Positions 59,776 to 64,000 of a DNA stretch of 64,000 nucleotides are shown here, one piece after another. The notes beneath the pieces were generated by a model. The model was given only the letters and a program-made list of their open reading frames with translations. It was not told where the DNA came from and did no database searches. This DNA comes from an uncultured Methanomicrobiaceae archaeon (GTDB lineage Archaea > Halobacteriota > Methanomicrobia > Methanomicrobiales > Methanoculleaceae). The first letter of the stretch is position 1; every line of letters starts with the position of its first letter. Location of the stretch: positions 32,001 to 96,000 of the forward strand of contig CAWGXH010000003.1 in assembly GCA_963826525.1 (NCBI GenBank). The letters run 5' to 3'. The translations under genes and the position numbers were made by a program.

Positions 59776-61254
59776 ATGCAGAAGGATCAGATTCGGCAGG
59801 GCAGACTCGCCGGTGACCGCTCGGGTGCGATACTGCACTTTCTTGCTTCCATGGAGGCTGACCGCTGGATCGCCGGGGCGGATCTCCTCGTGGATATGGC
59901 GCACCTCCTGATGCTCCGCCGCCGGGAGATCATCGACGATGCGCCTGCACGGGCGCTGATGGCGGCGCTCCTCGACCTCTATGAGCAGGGCCTGCCGGAA
60001 GCCGCCTTTGACGAGCGGTTCGAGGACGTCCACGCCGGGAAGGAGGCCTATCTCATCGAGCGTGTGGGAGAGGAGTACGGAGGCCGCCTCCACATGGGGC
60101 GTTCGCGGAACGACGAGGTGGCGACCTGCATCAGGATTCGCTTGCGGGACGAACTGCTCGGCGAGATGCAGGATCTCCTGCACCTGCGGCAGGTGCTTCT
60201 CGAGGTGGCCGGGCGGCATACGGAGACGATCATGCCCGGGTTCACGCACCTCCAGTATGCCCAGCCCACGACGCTGGCACACCATCTCCTCGCCTACGAA
60301 CAGGCGTTCTCCCGGGATTTCGACCGGCTCCGGGGCGCCTTTGAGCGGGTGAATGTCTCGCCGCTCGGCTCGGCCGCATTCGCATCGACGGGGTTTCCGA
60401 TCGACCGTGAGTACACAGCACGCCTGCTCGGTTTCTCGGGGCTTGCGACGAACACCATGGATGCGGTCTCTGCCCGGGACTTTGCGCTCGAGGCGATCAG
60501 CGCTTCGTCCATCTGCATGACGACGGCGAGCAGGCTCTGCGAGGAGCTGGTCGTCTGGAGCACGGCATTTGCACAGTTCATCCAGCTCGACGATCCCTAC
60601 TGCTCCTCAAGCTCTATCATGCCGCAGAAGAAGAACCCGGACACCGCCGAGATCATGCGGGCGAAAGCCGGTTCGGTCGCTGGAGAACTCGTCGCCGCCC
60701 TGACGATCGTCAAGGGGCTTCCGATGAGTTACAACCGCGACCTGCAGGAGCTGACCCCTCACCTCTGGAGGGCCGTGGAGGCGACCCGGCAGAGCCTGCC
60801 GCTCCTTGCAGGGATGATCGAATCGGCGGCTTTCAATACCGAACGGATGTACAGCGAGGCCGGGCGGGGTTTTTCCACCGCGACCGAGCTTGCGGACGCC
60901 CTCGTTCGCGAATTCGGGCTGCCCTTCCGGACGGCGCACCGCGTAGTCGGGCGGGCGGTCAGGCATGGGGCGCTCGACCTTGCGACCCTGGAGGCTGCGG
61001 CGGGGGAGACTGCCGGGCTCTCGCTCATCGAGCGGGGGCTGACCGAAGAGCGGGTCTCTGAGATCCTTGACGCACGGCACGGCGTCGCCGTCCGAAACGT
61101 TTCGGGAGGTCCTTCTCCCGAAGCGACCACGGCGGCCGTCGTGGAGCGAAGAAGAGCCTACAGCGACGATGCCGCCTGGGCTCTGGCCGCGGAGGCTGCC
61201 CTATCGACCGCAAAAGATCACCTGGTACACGAAGCACGGAGGCTGATAGCATAA
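59776..61254 (+). CDS. argH: Argininosuccinate lyase
   Basis: GRSRND, MPGFTHLQ.AQP, SSIMPQKKNP, YNRDLQE, FR.AH. Confidence 0.96.
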   Translation: MQKDQIRQGRLAGDRSGAILHFLASMEADRWIAGADLLVDMAHLLMLRRREIIDDAPARALMAALLDLYEQGLPEAAFDERFEDVHAGKEAYLIERVGEEYGGRLHMGRSRNDEVATCIRIRLRDELLGEMQDLLHLRQVLLEVAGRHTETIMPGFTHLQYAQPTTLAHHLLAYEQAFSRDFDRLRGAFERVNVSPLGSAAFASTGFPIDREYTARLLGFSGLATNTMDAVSARDFALEAISASSICMTTASRLCEELVVWSTAFAQFIQLDDPYCSSSSIMPQKKNPDTAEIMRAKAGSVAGELVAALTIVKGLPMSYNRDLQELTPHLWRAVEATRQSLPLLAGMIESAAFNTERMYSEAGRGFSTATELADALVREFGLPFRTAHRVVGRAVRHGALDLATLEAAAGETAGLSLIERGLTEERVSEILDARHGVAVRNVSGGPSPEATTAAVVERRRAYSDDAAWALAAEAALSTAKDHLVHEARRLIA

Positions 61255-62480
61255 CCGAAGATATCACGAGCGGAGACCGGGTCAGGTGCACCCACGGAGG
61301 CGTATCCATGACCGGGACGTTCATCACGGATCGCGACGGTATGGCCGTCGTCAAACTCGATACCGGCTACAACATCGGTGTCTCCCCGTCGGAGGTGCAG
61401 TTCGTCGAGCGGCCGGCACCCCGGACGGCAGCGACGCCGGTCGTCATCCAGAACCCGGATCTCCCGGAGCTCTCCATCATCTCGACCGGCGGGACGATCG
61501 CGAGCAGGGTGGACTACCGGACAGGTGCGGTGACGAGCCAGTTCTCGGCAAGCGACATCCTCCGGGCGATCCCGGAGCTCGGAGACCTCGCCCGCTACCG
61601 CTCGCGGCAGCTCGCGAGCATCCTCTCCGAGAATATGCGCCCTTCGATCTGGCAGGAGCTCGCCCGGAGCATCCACGCCGAGGTCGAGAGCGGTGTCGCC
61701 GGCGTCATCGTCACCCACGGCACCGATACGATGGCCTACTCGGCGGCGGCGGTGAGTTTCATGGTCAGGAGTCCGGTGCCGATCGTCTTCGTCGGTTCGC
61801 AGCGGTCTGCCGACCGGCCGAGCAGCGACAATGCGATGAACGCTCTCTGCAGCGCCGCGGCCGCGACCGGCGACCTCGGCGAGGTGGCCGTGGTGATGCA
61901 TGCATCCACGAGCGACGACCGCTGTGCCGTGCACCGGGCGACGAAGGTTAGGAAGATGCACACCTCCCGGCGCGATGCCTTTGCAAGCCTCGGGACGGCT
62001 CCCATCGGCTACGTCGACTACCCGTCGCTCGAGGTGACGCTCTCGCCCGGAGCCGTCCGGCGGGGGACGTACGAACTCGAACTTGCCGACGAGCTCGAGG
62101 AGCGCTGCGGCCTTCTGCACTTCGCTCCCGGCATGCCGCCTGCGATCCTGGATGCCTACGAGGGGTATGCAGGCCTCATCCTCTCCGGCACCGGCCTCGG
62201 GCACGTCAGGACGGAATGGATCCCGCGGCTCGCCGAGCTCATCGCCGGCGGGACGACCGTCGTGATGACCTCCCAGTGCCTCCATGGCAGGGTCTGCGAC
62301 CGGGTCTACGATACCGGCCGCGATCTTCTCGCGATCGGCGTCATCGAGGGCGAGGATATGCTCCCCGAAGCGGCGCTCGTGAAGCTGATGTGGGTGCTCG
62401 CCCGCGAGGACGACCCCGGAAAGATACGGAGTATGATGCAGACGAGTCTTCGCGGCGAGATCTGCAGGGGGTCGCGATGA
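61251..62480 (+). CDS. gatD: Glu-tRNA(Gln) amidotransferase subunit D (start ATA 61251 or ATG 61308)
   Basis: [45 protein letters not shown]. Confidence 0.95.
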   Translation: MTEDITSGDRVRCTHGGVSMTGTFITDRDGMAVVKLDTGYNIGVSPSEVQFVERPAPRTAATPVVIQNPDLPELSIISTGGTIASRVDYRTGAVTSQFSASDILRAIPELGDLARYRSRQLASILSENMRPSIWQELARSIHAEVESGVAGVIVTHGTDTMAYSAAAVSFMVRSPVPIVFVGSQRSADRPSSDNAMNALCSAAAATGDLGEVAVVMHASTSDDRCAVHRATKVRKMHTSRRDAFASLGTAPIGYVDYPSLEVTLSPGAVRRGTYELELADELEERCGLLHFAPGMPPAILDAYEGYAGLILSGTGLGHVRTEWIPRLAELIAGGTTVVMTSQCLHGRVCDRVYDTGRDLLAIGVIEGEDMLPEAALVKLMWVLAREDDPGKIRSMMQTSLRGEICRGSR

Positions 62481-64000
62481 TGGAGTACGACTACGCCGGT
62501 CTCGGCCTGAAAGCCGGGATCGAGATCCACCAGCAGCTCAACACGGCCGAGAAACTCTTCTGCCGGTGCCCGACCCTCCTCCGCGAGACCGCCGAACATA
62601 CGGGGGAGTTCTTCCGGTACCTGCGGGCGACGGAGAGCGAGCTCGGGGAGATCGACCGGGCTGCAAAGGAGGAGATGAAGCTCGTCCGGAAGTTCTGCTA
62701 CTATACCTACGATACGGTCTGCCTCGTCGAGCACGACGAGGAGCCGCCGGCGCCGCTGAACCACGAAGCGCTCGGAGTAGCGCTCACCATAGCAAAGATG
62801 CTCGGGATGACGCCGATCGATCAGGTGCACACGATGCGAAAGCTCGTCATCGACGGCTCCAACACGAGCGGGTTTCAGCGGACGGCGCTCGTGGCTCTGA
62901 ACGGGATGCTCCCGGGCGGCTGCCGGGTCGAGACGATATGCCTCGAGGAGGAGGCCTGCCAGCGGGTGGAGGGGGATGCCTTCTCGCTCGATCGGCTCGG
63001 TATCCCGCTCGTCGAGATCACCACGGCACCCTGCATGCACACCCCCGAGGACGTCCGAACGGTCGCCGGGTATATCGGTATGGTGCTCCGTTCGACCGGG
63101 AAGGTGAAACGGGGTCTTGGCACCATTCGGCAGGATGTCAACGTCTCCATCCGGGACGGTGCCCGGGTGGAGATCAAAGGCGTGCAGGAGCTCGACCTCA
63201 TCGCCGAGGTGGTCAGGCGCGAGGTCGGACGGCAGGCGGCGCTCCTCTCCGTCAGGGACGAACTCCGCTCTCGCGGAGCATCGGTCGATACGACGGTCAC
63301 CGACGTGACCGGGCTCTTCGCGGAGACGAAGTCCGCCATCCTCAAAAAGGCAAAGACGATCCTCGCCGTCCGCCTCCCCGGCTTTGCCGGCCTCGTGGGG
63401 CGGGAGATCCAGCCCGGCCGCAGGCTCGGGAGCGAGATGGCCGACTACGCAAAGAAGTGCGGCGTCGGCGGGATCTTCCACACCGACGAGCTCCCCGCCT
63501 ACGGGGTGACAGAGGGGGAGGTCGCCCGTCTCCGCGAACACCTCCATGCAGGCTGAACTCGATGCCGTCGTCCTCGTTGCGGCGAGCAGGAAACAGGCAG
63601 GCTGTGCTGCGGAGCAGGTGATGATCCGCGCCCGGATTGCGCTCGACGGAATCCCCGAGGAGACCCGGAAGATGCTCGAGGGCGGGAGCACCGCCTATAT
63701 GCGGCCGCTTCCGGGCGCGGCCAGGATGTACCCCGAGACCGATGTCTTCCCGGTCGCTATCGGCAGCGACCTCTGGGAGGGAATAGAGATCCCGGAACTG
63801 CTCACCGCCCGGACGGAACGCTTCTCCCGCGACCTTGGCCTCGATGAGGCACTGGCACGGCAGATGGCTTTCTCGGAGAGGCTGCCGCTCTTCGAGCGTA
63901 CCGTTGCCGAAGGGATCCGGCCGACCCTGGCCGCCCGGACGCTGCTCGGGACACTCCGCGAGCTCGCCCGCGACGGCGTTCCGGTCGAGCGTATTCCGGA
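62477..64000 (+). CDS. gatE: Glu-tRNA(Gln) amidotransferase subunit E (partial at the window edge; frameshift at ~63551)
   Basis: [41 protein letters not shown]; continues [20 protein letters not shown] in the next frame. Confidence 0.95.

Noticed and set aside
5842-64000. Mass pseudogenisation or genome decay
   Set aside because: The affected genes are essential or conserved (polB, gatE, hisB), show no nonsense substitutions or deletions, and are repaired by 1-2 bases.
1-64000. CRISPR array, rRNA, transposase or defence island
   Set aside because: No regularly spaced repeats, rRNA-like tracts or transposase/defence motifs seen; nearly all sequence is accounted for by the listed genes.

Overview
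A GC-rich archaeal chromosome segment, most likely from a hydrogenotrophic methanogen of the Methanomicrobiales (Methanoculleus-like). The assignment rests on methanogenesis marker 2, mtxX, an archaeal histone, rpl10e, gatDE, archaeal SAM synthetase, TATA/BRE promoters and a CCA-less tRNA-Ile. Most of the window is core metabolism and housekeeping: a bacterial-type acetyl-CoA synthase operon at the left edge, corA/mscS, XPD helicase, ogt, panE, mobA, pyrKD, mdh, polB, iorAB, a Zn/Mn ABC transporter with a DtxR-family regulator, mtaB, nadXAC, rfcL, his genes, a fum-kor-suc-dacZ-mat run, a NitT/TauT ABC transporter, argH and gatDE. I found no transposase, integrase, CRISPR array or rRNA. About 15 one- or two-base frameshifts hit conserved or essential genes. 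Nine of them sit on AGCT or GTAC, which looks like methylation-driven sequencing error rather than pseudogenisation. I cannot claim a clearly new multi-gene system. The best leads are the accessory cluster at 17.0-21.8 kb (degenerate PD-(D/E)xK-like and S26-like proteins, TMEM175, a stand-alone DnaJ-type zinc finger, a METTL17/Rsm22-like methyltransferase), the bacterial-type ACS, a dispersed REP-like palindrome, a candidate metal operator and an apparent ATA start codon for gatD. All product calls come from motif recognition by eye; no database search was run.
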